Source: Nymphaea colorata (lineage: Eukaryota). From it: 64,000 nucleotides of DNA. How positions within the stretch are numbered: position 1 is the first letter of the stretch; each line of letters opens with the position of its first letter. Of the stretch, positions 1-13,600 are shown piece by piece. A program made the translations under genes and the position numbers. The notes beneath the pieces are model-generated. The model did not search any database, was not told the DNA's origin, and saw nothing but the letters and a program-made list of their open reading frames with translations. The DNA lies in contig NC_045138.2 of the NCBI RefSeq assembly GCF_008831285.2, positions 16,616,001-16,680,000 on the forward strand. The letters run 5' to 3'.

Positions 1-408
1 GGCCAAATATTCCTTATTGGTTCATTCCCATCAACATTAGTTACAAGCCTTTGACGAAGGCATATGTGAGGTCTAAGGTTCATTTTTTATCGAACAGCAG
101 GCGACCTGACCTCAATTCATGTGTAGGGTGGTAACTTTTCTTTTTGACTTCTTGTTTTCTGCATGTGCATTGGTTGATCTATGCATTTTATCTTGCCAAA
201 TATTTGATGTCTTGTTCCTTGTTCTATTTTCTTCATGAAAACTCAGAATTATTTGGTTATGTTCCTATTTTGAAATTCAAACGTGTTCTTTTGATTTTCG
301 AATCAGCGAGTCCTTCGTCATGTCTGGAATTAGTTTGTTTTGATTGTCTAGTAGCTGCATGTTTGTCATTTTCCATGTTTGCCAATTTTTTAGATGTTTT
401 TTGAATAG

Positions 409-892
409 ATTGTAGTTGATTTTACTGCGTCGTGGTGTGGACCCTGCCGCATGATTTCTCCTATGCTGACTGAATGGGCGAGAAGATTTCCTCAAGTCAC
501 CTTTCTTAAAGTCGACGTTGATGAGTTGGCAGTAAGTGCTCCTCCATGTTCTTCTTGTCATCTGATTCTTTACTGTCAAGTGTTATTCTTCAAATTATAA
601 AGTCTAGTTTCCCAATGTAACCCTCGTGATCTATTTTCTTCTTCATTATGATAATTTTTTCTGGAAATTTCTTAAAGTTGTATATGCTTGTTGTAGTTCT
701 GACAGGATTACTAATTACAGTACTTATATATATGCATGATTTCAGTCTGTAGCATCTGACTGGGCTATAGAAGCAATGCCAACTTTCATGTTCTTGAAAG
801 AAGGGAATATAGTAGACAAGGTAGTTGGTGCAAGGAAAGAGGAGCTGCTGCAGAAGATCATGATGCACGTGGCAAAGATTTCAGCTCAGTAG
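409..892 (+). CDS. Thioredoxin h, 3' part (last two exons 409-531 and 746-892; first exon not found in the window)
   Basis: Spliced translation [89 protein letters not shown]. It has the WCGPC active site, KVDVDEL and AMPTF motifs, and canonical AG/GT boundaries at the usual plant TRX-h positions. Confidence 0.95.
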
Positions 893-3079
893 TTCCTTTG
901 TGTCTCTGCTTTGGTCTGTCGGATTGCTTGAAATAAAGAGTAGCATCTGCAATGTATCACGTATTTACACTGGCCGATTGACAACTGAGTGCCTACTTTG
1001 CAACTGAAAATGAAAATCTTGTTTAGTGAATAAAATAATAGTATTTGCTGATTTAGTTTATCTTGACAGTTCGCGTCTGGTCTTTCTGTTTCTGCGCGCA
1101 CATGCACGTGGACATGATTGGCGCAGTTTTTGCATCCATTCTTAAGACAGCAATTTTATTACTAGAAGCAGAATATACACAATTAGTGCAGCTCCTCCAT
1201 TGCCTTGGCCACAGGTAGATGAGTCATCATGGGAATGATTGGTCTGGAAGATGGAGAACCAGGGTTCATTGGAAAAGTAGAATAACCAGTCTTGAGTTTC
1301 TGCTAACGGATTTCAACAAGCTTTCTCAGTTTCCTAATGTGCATCGGCCAAATCCGGCTGGTCATTCATAAAATGGCTATTTTAGCCGACAAGTTCTCAG
1401 GCCTTCAACATCTGTAGATTCTCTACCAAGACCAGAACGTGGGGGAGGGGAGAGCACAACTCTCTCCCAAACTCCCATAGTCCCCCCCCTCCACAGCTGC
1501 ATTATATCACAATCTTCTTCCTTATTCAAGAGTTACAAGCCACTCCAAACTTGCTAGTTGTCACCATTATTCAAAATTTACTACGTGATTCTGTCATGTA
1601 GTCATAAAAGTGCTTCTCCTCTTGGCATGCATGACAACGTTCACACTGCTGCGGTAGTTGTTTGATTCTTAGGTGCCATCTTTATGCAGAAGCAGATAGT
1701 GTCAACCATAATCTGCCTTTTCTGCCCATCCTGGTGTATGGAGCCTCACTGTTATGAAGCTTTTTTACACCCTCAGAAGCAAAAGCTGAGCTGTCTTTGA
1801 AATGGTCAACTGAAAGTCTGGAAGAAGAAAAGTTCTTCGTCTCAATTCTTTCGGCTTCAAAAAAATGTAGTTGGTTATATGTATTGTATGCTGACTTTGA
1901 GGTCTTACTTCAAGCGAACAAACAAGAATTCCTCCACCAACTTTCACGCTTGGATCTCCTTTAAACAGTTATAGCGAAAAGAAGATCTCAGAAAAATTCG
2001 AACAATTGACTGTAAATGTGCCTTTTTCACATTAGTTTATAGTGCTCTTTATTGCTCTGTTTAGTTTGTTTTGGAATCTCTAGTATCTTTACTTACGATT
2101 ATAATGATGGACACATTTCGATGCACTTTTTTTTTTTAACAGGGTGGGATCAACTGGAAGAAAGAACAATCTGTCAAATTTGGTGAACTTGGTTTTGGGT
2201 GCAAATTTTGATGAAATAACAACAAATAGGCCATTTTTTTCCAACCAATCTTTAATTTTTTGTTAGAAAATCCACCAAAACACCCTCAAATTATAATGGA
2301 ATAACAACGTCAATTTTGCTTTCTTTCATTTAACCGCTTAAATTACATTAAAAACAAGAAGTTAGACAAAAAGAAATCAAAATTTGAGTCTGTTTTTGTT
2401 GTTTAATCAAAAGTTCAACATGCTATTTTAAGTTCATTAAAAAAAAAAAGCATAGTTGACGGTTGCAAGCGGTCTATATCCGGTGTGAAGATTTTGTCAG
2501 TTTCTGTTGTACTAGATTCGGTTCTGTCCAATAATCTGCTGTTCCAGATCCAATCTGTTTTCAACGCCAATTCGGCAAATGCTTGGTCACTTGTGGTTCG
2601 GACGCTATATCCGATGATTAAATAGTATTATATAATCAAATTAGTACTGGATTTTTTTCCCATGCTTCCAATTGAAAAAAGAAATCAGTCTCGTGAAAGG
2701 AACCGTGGATCTAAATCCATTTCTAATTCCAGTCTCATTGCGGATTTCCAAACTCTAAACCATTAGGACGATAGGACGGTAAGAAGTTGGGTAGGAACTT
2801 TGGCTCTTTTCTAAATGAAATATTGCCGGCCGGAAAACAGATAAAGGTTGTTGCAGTTTCAGTTAGATCCAATTGTTCCGATATTTGAATTCGAGTATCG
2901 GATTCACTAAATCCAGATATCCAATCATTTATCGAGAAAAAAGAAGAGCTGTTTAACGTTGGCAACTTCACTTCACATATGTGGGTCCCACAAGGAGACG
3001 TCTTCGTTTTCGTTTCTGGATTTCCCGGGTTCCTGGCTTCTGCAATTGTTGTGGGGAGGGGGCATTGTCGAAAGGCCGA

Positions 3080-4646
3080 ATGGGGCGATGGAGGAGGGCA
3101 TCTCAGATCGTCAACCGCCTTCGCTACGATCGTTTGTTCGGTTCCCCGCGCGATTCGATTCGTGGGTACCCAGCGATTCCTCTCACTGATATAGGTGTCT
3201 CTCTCCATCTCGATCTCTTCTTCCTTCCTGTGATCGTTTCCGCTCGATCGTTATGATCAGAATCATTCCGCCATATGACCAATAAGTCTTTAGTAAAACT
3301 CATGCAGGTGCTCAACTGAGGAGAGAACGTGAAATCGTCTATGGTAGTTTGAGCGGATTCCGCCTAGTAGGTGGTGGTGGGACGTGGCGGACCACAATAA
3401 GGTCTTTTGGTTCTTTGGCATCAAAAGTTGCACGGGATCCTTCCTTTGCTAAAATTACTGCAGAGGATATAAACTACTTCAGGAAGATATTGGGTGTCAA
3501 GAATGTTATTCAAGACGAGGATCGGTTGATCGCTTCGAACACGGATTGGATGAGAAAGTACAAAGGTTCAAGTCAGCTATTGCTTCAACCTTCCAGCACA
3601 GAAGAGGTGTGGTATTTGCGTGCTCAAAAGTGTTTAGTGGGTGCCAGGGTTTGACATTCCTTTTGGGGCCAATGTTGATGCATGGAAAATTAATGGTTAA
3701 GAAGTACCAAACAATCATAGGAACCATGTTCATGTCTTGATATCTCACCTTCTCTTGGACAGGACATAGATTATCATCTGCACTGGAATAAATTTATCCA
3801 TTTATAGGTTAAGGAAATAATGATCAATGAAGTGCTGAAAACCGGCTTAATAATGGTTCGTCGTTAGGTGGAGAGCGGGTGGCATGAGGGACGGTTGTGA
3901 AAAGGTGTTGAATGCAGACCTTGAATCAAAACCCAGTCCTCTTACTCTGCAGCTTCAGCTTTCCAACGGTATTGTTCTCGCAAGTCGTATGGCTTCGTAG
4001 TCAGGCTCACTTGGGGTTTACCTCTCAGGAGGAGCGGACTCCTTGTTGTTGTAAAAGAGGGCTTATCGTTCTTGCTTGAAGATTTGATTGAAATTATTAG
4101 CCACAGTAATCGGAAAGCAGAAAGAAACAAATTTTGATGATACAAGAATCCTTGCGTAACCTTTGGACAGTAAAAGATAGGTTAAGGATACCAAGACCTA
4201 TTGTTAATTTCAGAGAAATGTAATTCGAACAGATATATATCTGAGCACCGTATGTGCAATATGAAGCATATCATTCAATCAAGAAGATACATTATATTGT
4301 TTGATAAATGCCTTGGGTGCATACACGAAACCTTTTTATGCATGTTGTTGGAAGGTCATTTAATGAGCTATATTATTAATTCATAAATCACAGGTAATAT
4401 GAAATTCAGTTGCTTGCTCATCGTTTTTAGTATTGCTGAATATTATATGATATTGTAAGCCAGTTTATGGAGTTTTGTCTTATGCACCATCAAATTTGAC
4501 ACCGATAATTGTCCCGTCTACAGGTGTCACAGATTCTTAAATATTGTAATTTTAGACGCTTGGCTGTTGTTCCACAAGGTGGAAATACTGGTCTAGTGGG
4601 TGGAAGCGTCCCTGTATTCGATGAGGTAAACTTTGTTAATGTTTAT

Positions 4647-4678
<32 letters not shown>

Positions 4679-7600
4679 TTTATTTATTGAAAAACTGGTA
4701 TATCCCAGACCACTTAGGTTGGGGACAAAAACAATTCCTCTTAATTTTCTTTTAGAAAATGATTTAAACAAAAAGTAAGCATCCCAATATGTTTACGAAG
4801 ACTAATTTTAAATGTCAAGCATGTGTTTGTTCAAGTTGTTTTTATGAAGAATATCGATATGCATTTAGACTCAATAACTAATTAGAATAATATATGTTTT
4901 CCATCAAATCACCCTCAAGTTATTGTCACAGAGGTACGTGTGATATGGCCAAGTACCCATGTTGGTATGAGGGTACGGCCACACAAGTATGAGGGTAGGG
5001 CTGTATTTTATAACTTAAAACTTTACCTTTTCACATTTAAACTTTAATTTTGATATTTCCCTTAATTTTGTTTTCCTTTCACCTAGATTCCATATTTTTC
5101 TCCCCATTTTCTTTAATTTTGAGAACTTGTGTAGACTATTATATATATAATGTTATATCTAAGTCACATGGGTGCACCAAATATGGTGGCCTTGGGTCCG
5201 GGTGTAGCTTGACACGGCACCCGACCCGGTCAAACTGAGTTGGGTGCTGCTGACCGCTCCCGTTCTCTTTTTTTTTTTTCTTCCTTCTCCTATCCTTTCC
5301 CTCTTCTCTCTCTTCTCCCCTATTTTATTTAATAAAATTTTGAATTTTGTATGAGATTAAGGTAACATTTGATAAAAAAAGGTTTTAAAATGTAGACAAA
5401 TAAAATTATATATATATATATACACCCTCGCTGCATATACACCCAATTTTCTTTGAAATTTGCTGCATCTTGCACCCACTCAAGCACCAGCAAGTGCACC
5501 CGCACCCCGTACCCATGTGATATAGATTTATATATATGCTCTGCCATACCCCCTGTGCCCATAATTTTCAAAAATGGCGCCCATACACACTGCCATATGC
5601 ATACTGCACCAGTACCCACACCCATGTGACATTGATCTAACCTTATAAGATCTTGACTCAAGATCTTATAAGGTTAGATTACACAAGAAGTACTTTCATA
5701 ATAAATTTTAAGGGGTCTGGATTTTATCCCTGACCTAAGTGGTGCGGCATATACCAATTACTCATATGTATGTGTGTGTGCATGTCTGTTGATTTTCTTT
5801 CCTAATATAGGCTATAGATTTTATTTTTGGCATTAGTCTTCTTCTAGAAAGGAAAAAACAGAGGAAATACATGAAGCCAGAGAATGTTGACGATTCTAAT
5901 CCAAATGAGAGAAATGCACAAGGAGGTAGCTTCCAATTTATGTTTTATAATTATACTGCTTAGACAAACTACAGACCTAATTGTACATAATTGTTCCTTA
6001 GTGGTAGAGACTTCCTTATGATAATCTGTATTACCCCATTCAGCACTTGCTGAACTAGATACCCTCCTACTCTTACTTTAAGAATAATGAGAATCAAGAT
6101 AAAGCTTACACACATGATGTTTGGGCATGATTGTAAGTATAACAAGCAGTGCTGTTCAAGTAAAGACAGGAAATCTTTTCTTGAAACATGTTTTCTGGTG
6201 ATTAGGAAAGTACTAAAAACTAGAAAGGTATTCTCTCTATGATATTTGAGCTGTGATTTAATCAATTCCTGCCAAGTAAACCTCCAAAATGAAGGAAGCA
6301 ACACCAAGCAACACCAAATCTCTACATTCTTACAGTAAGTAAAACAAATGTAGAAATTTTTAAGTGCTCCAAATTCTGGAAACTGTCTTTGAACTCCTTG
6401 TATACGAAAAGTGCTTAAGGTAGTTTTTGATGCTCCAAAATTAAGATTCCTGCTAATTGCAGAATCATTCTGGAATAGGTGGAATAGGGAACACAATGAC
6501 ATTTTCCAAAATGGCACCGTGTTTCATTTTTATGGATGGGTTTCCTTGAAATCACCATTCTGTGTTTGATGGAACTTGGAAAAGGATGATGAAACACTCT
6601 TTCCTGCGTTTGATGGAACTGGAAAAATATGAACATATTTACCAACATTCTTTAAATAAATTCTAGATGCTAAAAAAAAGGAATCAAGTTTTATTCAACT
6701 GCTTGTTCATTTCTGATAAACACTAATAAAATTCATTTCTGTTTTAGTGCATGCAATGTTCTTTCTTGAGGCATTTTGTTAGTGAACATCTATAGCAGTA
6801 GTTGACCGCCCATAACTGCAAAAAATAGTAACACCAGCAAGACCTAAACTGAATTAACAGATTTTCCTTCACTACCATATGATTGAATAAGGTGGCATCA
6901 TGGAAGCATAATCTTATGCAAAAGTTGTCAAATTAAAGAATTATGGGATTGAGACCCAATAGGCATATCATGGAATTTGTTTCTCTTCATAAAATCACTT
7001 AAGCATGTTAAGGTATGGCCTTGAATTAGGTTTTTGTTTTCTGACCTGTGGCAATTATTCCACTTATTTATTCCTAACGCATTATGCAGGTAATTATTAA
7101 TGTTGGCTTGTTAAACAATATCACATCATTGGACAAGGTAAACATTACACCTTTGATTTCTCAAAATTTTTCCTTTGTGATCCTTTTGACGTATTATCTT
7201 TTTATCCTCTTGAATTTTACATGAATACTTGTTTTGGGGTTTGATTGGCATCTATTAAGCTGCAGAAATGTCGTGTCGATTTTCAGATCTTTATATTTTT
7301 CATGGCAAGAAAGATCGAAATCTTTTTTTGTTACTATCCCAATTTGATTGTTCTATCTTTGTAAATCTATTGACATCTTTTTTTGCTTTCCCAAGTGGTT
7401 ATATGTTGTGAATATTTTGTTGCCTTTTCTGGTGATATACATCTCCATTGTCAAAAGCATGTGGGGGCAGAATAGGTGCCTAGGCTTGGTCACTTTGGCA
7501 GGCAAGGAAAGAGAACCTGGAACCTTTTTTTCTCTTAATTTAAATCCTCAGTATATTCATTGAAGTGAGTGAGTCGGTTCCCTACCTTGCCTTTTTTTTT

Positions 7601-10600
7601 CGAGTATAACAATTTCGTTTACACGCTGTTGAGGTCATTAACTATTGCATTTTCTTGTCTATACTACCACTTTTTCCTGAAAATCTCTGTTTTATCTTGT
7701 ATCCTGTAAGAGCAAAAAAGATAAGTTCTTTGAGGTGTGAGCTGCTTTCGTAGCATCAATAGTTTAAGCACAACTAGCTAGAAAATGTTAGTTTTCTTAT
7801 CAATTGACTTCAGATTATATGATTTAGTTATTAACCACAAAGTAGTGTGTTTTTTAAAATTTTTAGTACTTAGAATAAAGTCATATCCTGTTTGTAAGAT
7901 GTGCAATACTTTTTTTCATAGACTACAAGATTAATATGCTACAAACGAAAAAAAATTGTCTCTCTCTAAAGAATTTGAAATCCAGATTTCAAAGATCCAT
8001 GATTGAACAGTCTAACAGCATGCTGACATTATACACATATGTACACTTTTTTGTATATTCAGGTTATTCTGCTGACCTGTCTTCTGTCCAACATGAACAA
8101 TTGAACCACTTAAGTATGCCCCAACTTTATTTTCTACTATTCCTTGCAGGTTAGTGGCATACTTGTATGTGAAGCAGGGTGTATACTTGAAAACTTGGAT
8201 TCCTTCCTCTCTGACCATGGGTAAATTCTTTATGCAGCCAATTTAGATAAGTCAACGAATTTGATTGCCAGATATTCTTGTTTTTTATGATTGAACATAA
8301 TAAAAGCATTTCTGTTAATAACTAGTTTTCCGTGCCTTTTATATTGGAGGTTTTGATCTCTGTATCTGTGTCGGTCTATGTTTTCTCTTTCCCTTTTGGG
8401 TTTTCTAAAACTCTTTTTCTCTTAGAAACATTTAGGCAAGAAAGGTGAAACCATTTTGCCCCTTAAATGAGACTAAATTCTCTACTTTTTTACTCTCTGA
8501 GTATACATTTTACAATATTGGTATTCTCCTTTCAAGAAATAACAACAGGCTTTAGACCAGTTTTTTTTTTTTTTTTTTTTTCAGCCATATGTTTTTATAT
8601 TTGAGGACACAAATTAAGGCGGGGGAGGGGATTTTGAAACATTTGTATGCTGCCTTTTAGTAGCTTATTAAGATTCCTTTTTTTTTCATCATTCCCTTCT
8701 GCTTCCCACATTTTCTGAGTTAGAAAAGTTTATTAGGTTTTTATGTGTAACTATTGTGGTGATTTGTAGATTGATGATGCCACTTGACTTGGGTGCAAAA
8801 GGAAGCTGTCAAATTGGTGGAAATATCTCAACCAATGCTGGTGGCTTGCGCTTTGTGCGTTATGGATCCTTACGTGGGAGTGTTCTTGGTAAGATTATAC
8901 ACCATCTCTTCTAAACCATGGAATTTTAAAATTGAAGTTCAAATACTATTTGTCACTACATGGTGTTGAAGGTGCAGTCTGCCATAAAGTGGAATATATT
9001 TGCATATACCTTTGAAAATAGTATCAGCAAATAGAAAGTGTGATAAGAACCGTTCTTCTTCTTTGAATATAAAGGTGCATTAATGGAATGTTTTTCTTTT
9101 CTCTATATATATGTAAGGCATTGTCCGGTTCCCTTATTGGTCTGGCCCCATCAGGCTGCAGCAGAAACATGTTGAACATGTCTTTTGTTCAATTTAGTTG
9201 ACAGATTCGTTAATCATGTTTTATATGTTTAGCAAAAAGAAAAAAAAGGACTGAACTAGATTAACTTTGGCATTTTGCATGTTAATACTTGCTTAGTTTA
9301 GATTCAGATAAAAAAAGCATCATCTAATATATTCTTTGCTGGGACATAACCAAAGGAGTCAGGATTAATGCATTCCCAAGTCTGCAACTAAACCGGAGAG
9401 AGGTTTTCGGAGTTCAATTTCTCTTTTATTATCATTTTTCTTAAAGTGGCTCTCTCAAAGGTACGAAAGTTAATTGATTTGTCTCTCTCTTTTTTTGAAT
9501 TCATTAGAATTACATTGGTTTTCTGGGTCAGAATATCATTAGTGGGATAAGAAAAAAATAAATGTTATTCCTTATTGATATGGAAATAGTGAAAAGTGCT
9601 GAACCATAGCCTCATTTTATCAAATGCAAATGGAATGCATTAATTGCACATCTATTTTAAGTGGATGATCAGCATGTAATAATGTAGTACAAAGTACGTA
9701 AATTGATTGATCTGTTCTCTTGCTTGCCAAGTTGGCTTATATACTATAGCAGCCAAATTATTTGCAATCAGTTAATTGATGGAGAAATGAAAACACTGTA
9801 CACTTAACTGAAGCTGCACATCTAAGCAGGAAACTGAACTGACGAGAGGATTTTCAGATTGTCCTCTGATTGTTTTATTTTCTTATTCTGCTATCTTAAC
9901 GAGTTTGCATTCTATGCATCATATTTCATTTTTGTTCCCATTTGACTGCAAATATCAGACTTCTGTTCTCCTTTCCTAACTCCTGGTTATCCGTCATATT
10001 TCTTTATTTGACTTCCAGGTATTGAAGCTGTTCTTGCAAATGGCTCCATATTGGACTTGCTTGGAACTTTGCGGAAAGATAACACTGGCTATGACTTGAA
10101 ACAATTGTTCATTGGCATGTTACAAGATGTTAATTTCTTTTTTCTGAGACTTTTGCAATTATGCTGGCTGTTGGATTCTACAACTTTAATGCCTTAATCA
10201 TTTCAGGTAGTGAAGGATCTTTAGGCATTGTTACAAAGGTTTCTATAATGACACCGGCAAGGCTACCCTCAACAAATCTTGCATTTCTTGCATGCAAGGA
10301 CTACAAAAGTTGTCAGGTTCAAGTTTGTTATGATTTAATATTTCTGTGGTTTCTTTACAAGTTGTGTTTGTACCTTATGGGTATCAGGTTATGAGCTTCA
10401 GATTGTATATAACTATTACCTATCCTACTGTAAGGATATTGCTTAAAACTCAAAAACAGACATAAATTTTGATGCAAGCAATGCAAAACTATATCCAATT
10501 TTTTACCTGCAAATTGAAAACCATTATTGGATTTAGATGTCCTGAATACCAATGTCCACATCCAATTACTAATTGGACATGAAATTTCTTATTGAAGCTT

Positions 10601-13600
10601 AGCCAACTACTTGAATTCAGATTTGAATAAATTATTGAATTATATCAAATCATCGACATCCCTTACATATTTTTGCAGTGAAATCCTTCATGGGTATCTT
10701 CTTCATTCATGAATTTTGGCATGCTATTTCAGGCCAAAAGAAATCCTGTGGGGTTATTGAATTCATGTATTTTCTTTTACTGGAAAACATAATGTAGTCG
10801 TTGTTTGCATGTGCCCGATGTTTCAATGCATTCACAATTTGCAGCAGCAGAGCTATGTTTTGCTTAACAGGAATCAGAATACATATTATTAAGTGCAACT
10901 GCTGCAAAACACACAATCAGAAACATGTACATTGTACAACTGTTTGTTACCCATGCTTTGGTTTAAATTGTTGCCGAGAAAAAAGATAAAGGTGAAACAA
11001 ATTTTTCTCCAAATTTTTCAGGCATTGCCCATAAGTCCATTACTAGCATTACCAAGGAAATCAATTCTGACTTCAATAAATTTTGACAGCCTGACTTATT
11101 AGTATTAGGCCTCTCTCCTAGTCTTTACAACGAGTTATCAAGATCTAGCGTCCCAGCATTATATATAACTTTTAACTGGAGAAATGTACAACAGATCTAA
11201 TGATTACAATCTTGATATGTTTCAGATAAAAGACGAGTGTGAATTGTGAACCCCATTTCCTAACTTATTGAGCCAACTGAAAAAATGCGAAGCTTTTGAA
11301 GGTCAATAAAGGATCACAATGTGTATATGGGAAGTTCTATGGCTCACTACTTTCAATATATTATACATCATTGCATCCGTCCCCACTTAGTGCAGATTTC
11401 TTTGCATTGGATGGCCTTATAAAGATATCCTCTCAATTACTACAGAAGGTCCCATTTTTCTCTTAAGTCTTGGGGTTTATAGGTTGTATCCATTGTCACA
11501 TATATCGTGTACGAGTATTATACGGTGAGGAATTTTTCAGGTATAATACGGCAAAGTTGTATACCTCGGCAATATCTTGAGAAAATCTTGGCAAATTTTT
11601 TTAAAATTTAAAACATTTAATAAATCCTAAAAATTATAAAAATAAAAATTAATAAAAATATGAAAAAACGTGAAAAAACACGTATAGCACGTGTTTTTTT
11701 CACGTTTTTTATTTTCTGGCGTTTTTTTAAAAAGATGTGTCTAATTGCTGTTTTATACGGCTGACTTATTTCTTGCGTATTGTATGCATTTTTTTTTTTA
11801 AAAAACACGTTTTTTGTGACAATGGTTGTACCGTAAGGATCTCTTGAAGACCCATCCTTTCATGAGTTACTTGCATATATTTTCCATCCCTAAAATTTCT
11901 TGAACATTTGATTTTTTCCCATCTTTGGGACCTCAACCTTAACTAGCTTTTGTCTCTACAACTTAAAATTTGCTTGGAAGGTTAGAAGCTCTTCTTCTCA
12001 TAAGTTGATCTACTGATTGCATGTGTTTGTAGTTTTTCTCTCTGTATTTAAGAACTGAGTCTAGCTCATATTCTCTAACTTTTGTGCTTTAATTGTTTTA
12101 CTTATCATTCTTCCAAAAGTTTGCTGTATATCACTGTCCAGTTTGAGTTGTATAACATGGTTTTTCTTTTGGCTATATCAGAAACTCCTTTATGAAGCCA
12201 AGTGCAGACTTGGAGAGATCCTCTCAGCATTCGAGTTCTTGGATTCCGAATCAATGAATATGGTATGGTATTTTATTGAAAGAGCTTATTTGTGTCAGCA
12301 ATATAAGTCTTCTTCAGTGAATTTTTGTTTCATCCTAACATGTGGGTGTAGTGACTCCTTGCGTCTCTAACAAGGAAAAGAACTAAGAAGTAGTTTAATA
12401 AATTGTATCACTCATATAATATAGCTTAACTATCTTTCTGGTCATGACATTTAAGTTAAACCATAATGTCATTTAAGGCTGGTCGTGCACATTGTTGTGT
12501 CAACTGTAAAACTGAGGGATACCTGTTTACCTAGTGTTTGACTCATTCTATACAACAGCTGGCATATCTTTTGTGTGGAGTTCATCTTCTGTGCATCTCT
12601 CTGTATCTATGACTGCTTACCAGTTAAGGAGCAGACATGGCAGGCCAGCTGGGATGCTGCCAGTCATATGGTAACTTACCATCCATGGTTTGGTCCCAGT
12701 AGCTGATGATTTTCTTTCTATTTTAGGGGGCATTTGATGGTGAAAAAAGGTTTTGTAGGAGAAACATTTTCAGAAAGAGTATTTAGGGGGACAGGTAAGG
12801 GTGATCAATGAGTCAAGCTACTGAAGCTCGAACCCTGACTCATCTAGTGGATGAGTCAAGTTCAACTCAAATGCCGAACATGTTTATTGTAATGAGTTGA
12901 GCTTGAGTCGGGTGAGCTCGGCTTGTTTAAGCTCGAGTAAACTTGTCTAGCACATGTATATAAATATTTCCTTATATTGCCCAAATGATATTGGTGTTGC
13001 ATCAGACGTTTTCTTGAACTCTTTAAAGGGAGGTTGCAATGTCAAACCCTTCTATTGACTCTTTTATTTAAATTTAAAATAATTTTTTTATGCTCAGGCC
13101 AAGGTGGCTCGAGCTTAGGCAAGCTGATCTCCAGCTTCCAGGCTTATTTGAGCCGACCTTGAGTCACTGAAATTGATCTCCAGCTGAGCTCGATCTTGCC
13201 CAGCTCTTCTTGAAACTGGCTGGTGAACACCCCCAGTGACAGGATTGGATAAAAAGTTTTTGTTAGGGAATAAGTTTTTTGTGTTTGGTCGCTTAGAAAA
13301 ATTGTTCCTGAACTTTGTTTAGTGTTTGATTGCTTAGCTAAAGTTATTGAAGGGAAGGAGGAAATGAGGGTGATTTTTTTGCCATGCTCACTCAAGGTGG
13401 TGACTGAGTTTAAGCTTTAAAGAGCTATTGATAAAGTTCGCTAATTTTAGCAATTGTGATGCGTTGTGAAAATCCAAACAATGGTTACATGTAACACAGA
13501 AAGAACAGAACCTGAGTATTATTACAGATGAAACCTAGCACATAGTCATTACATTTCTCCTTAACTAGAATGAACTGAATAATCATTCCCTCCAGCTACA

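Noticed and set aside
2735..3208. 157-aa minus-strand ORF overlapping the D2HGDH start
   Set aside because: It is antisense to GC-rich exon 1 and the promoter, runs into repeat-like DNA, and has no recognisable motif.
5969..6517. 182-aa minus-strand ORF inside D2HGDH intron 3
   Set aside because: It starts at a non-ATG codon, has AT-driven composition (F/L/I/K) and shows no domain. Probably chance.
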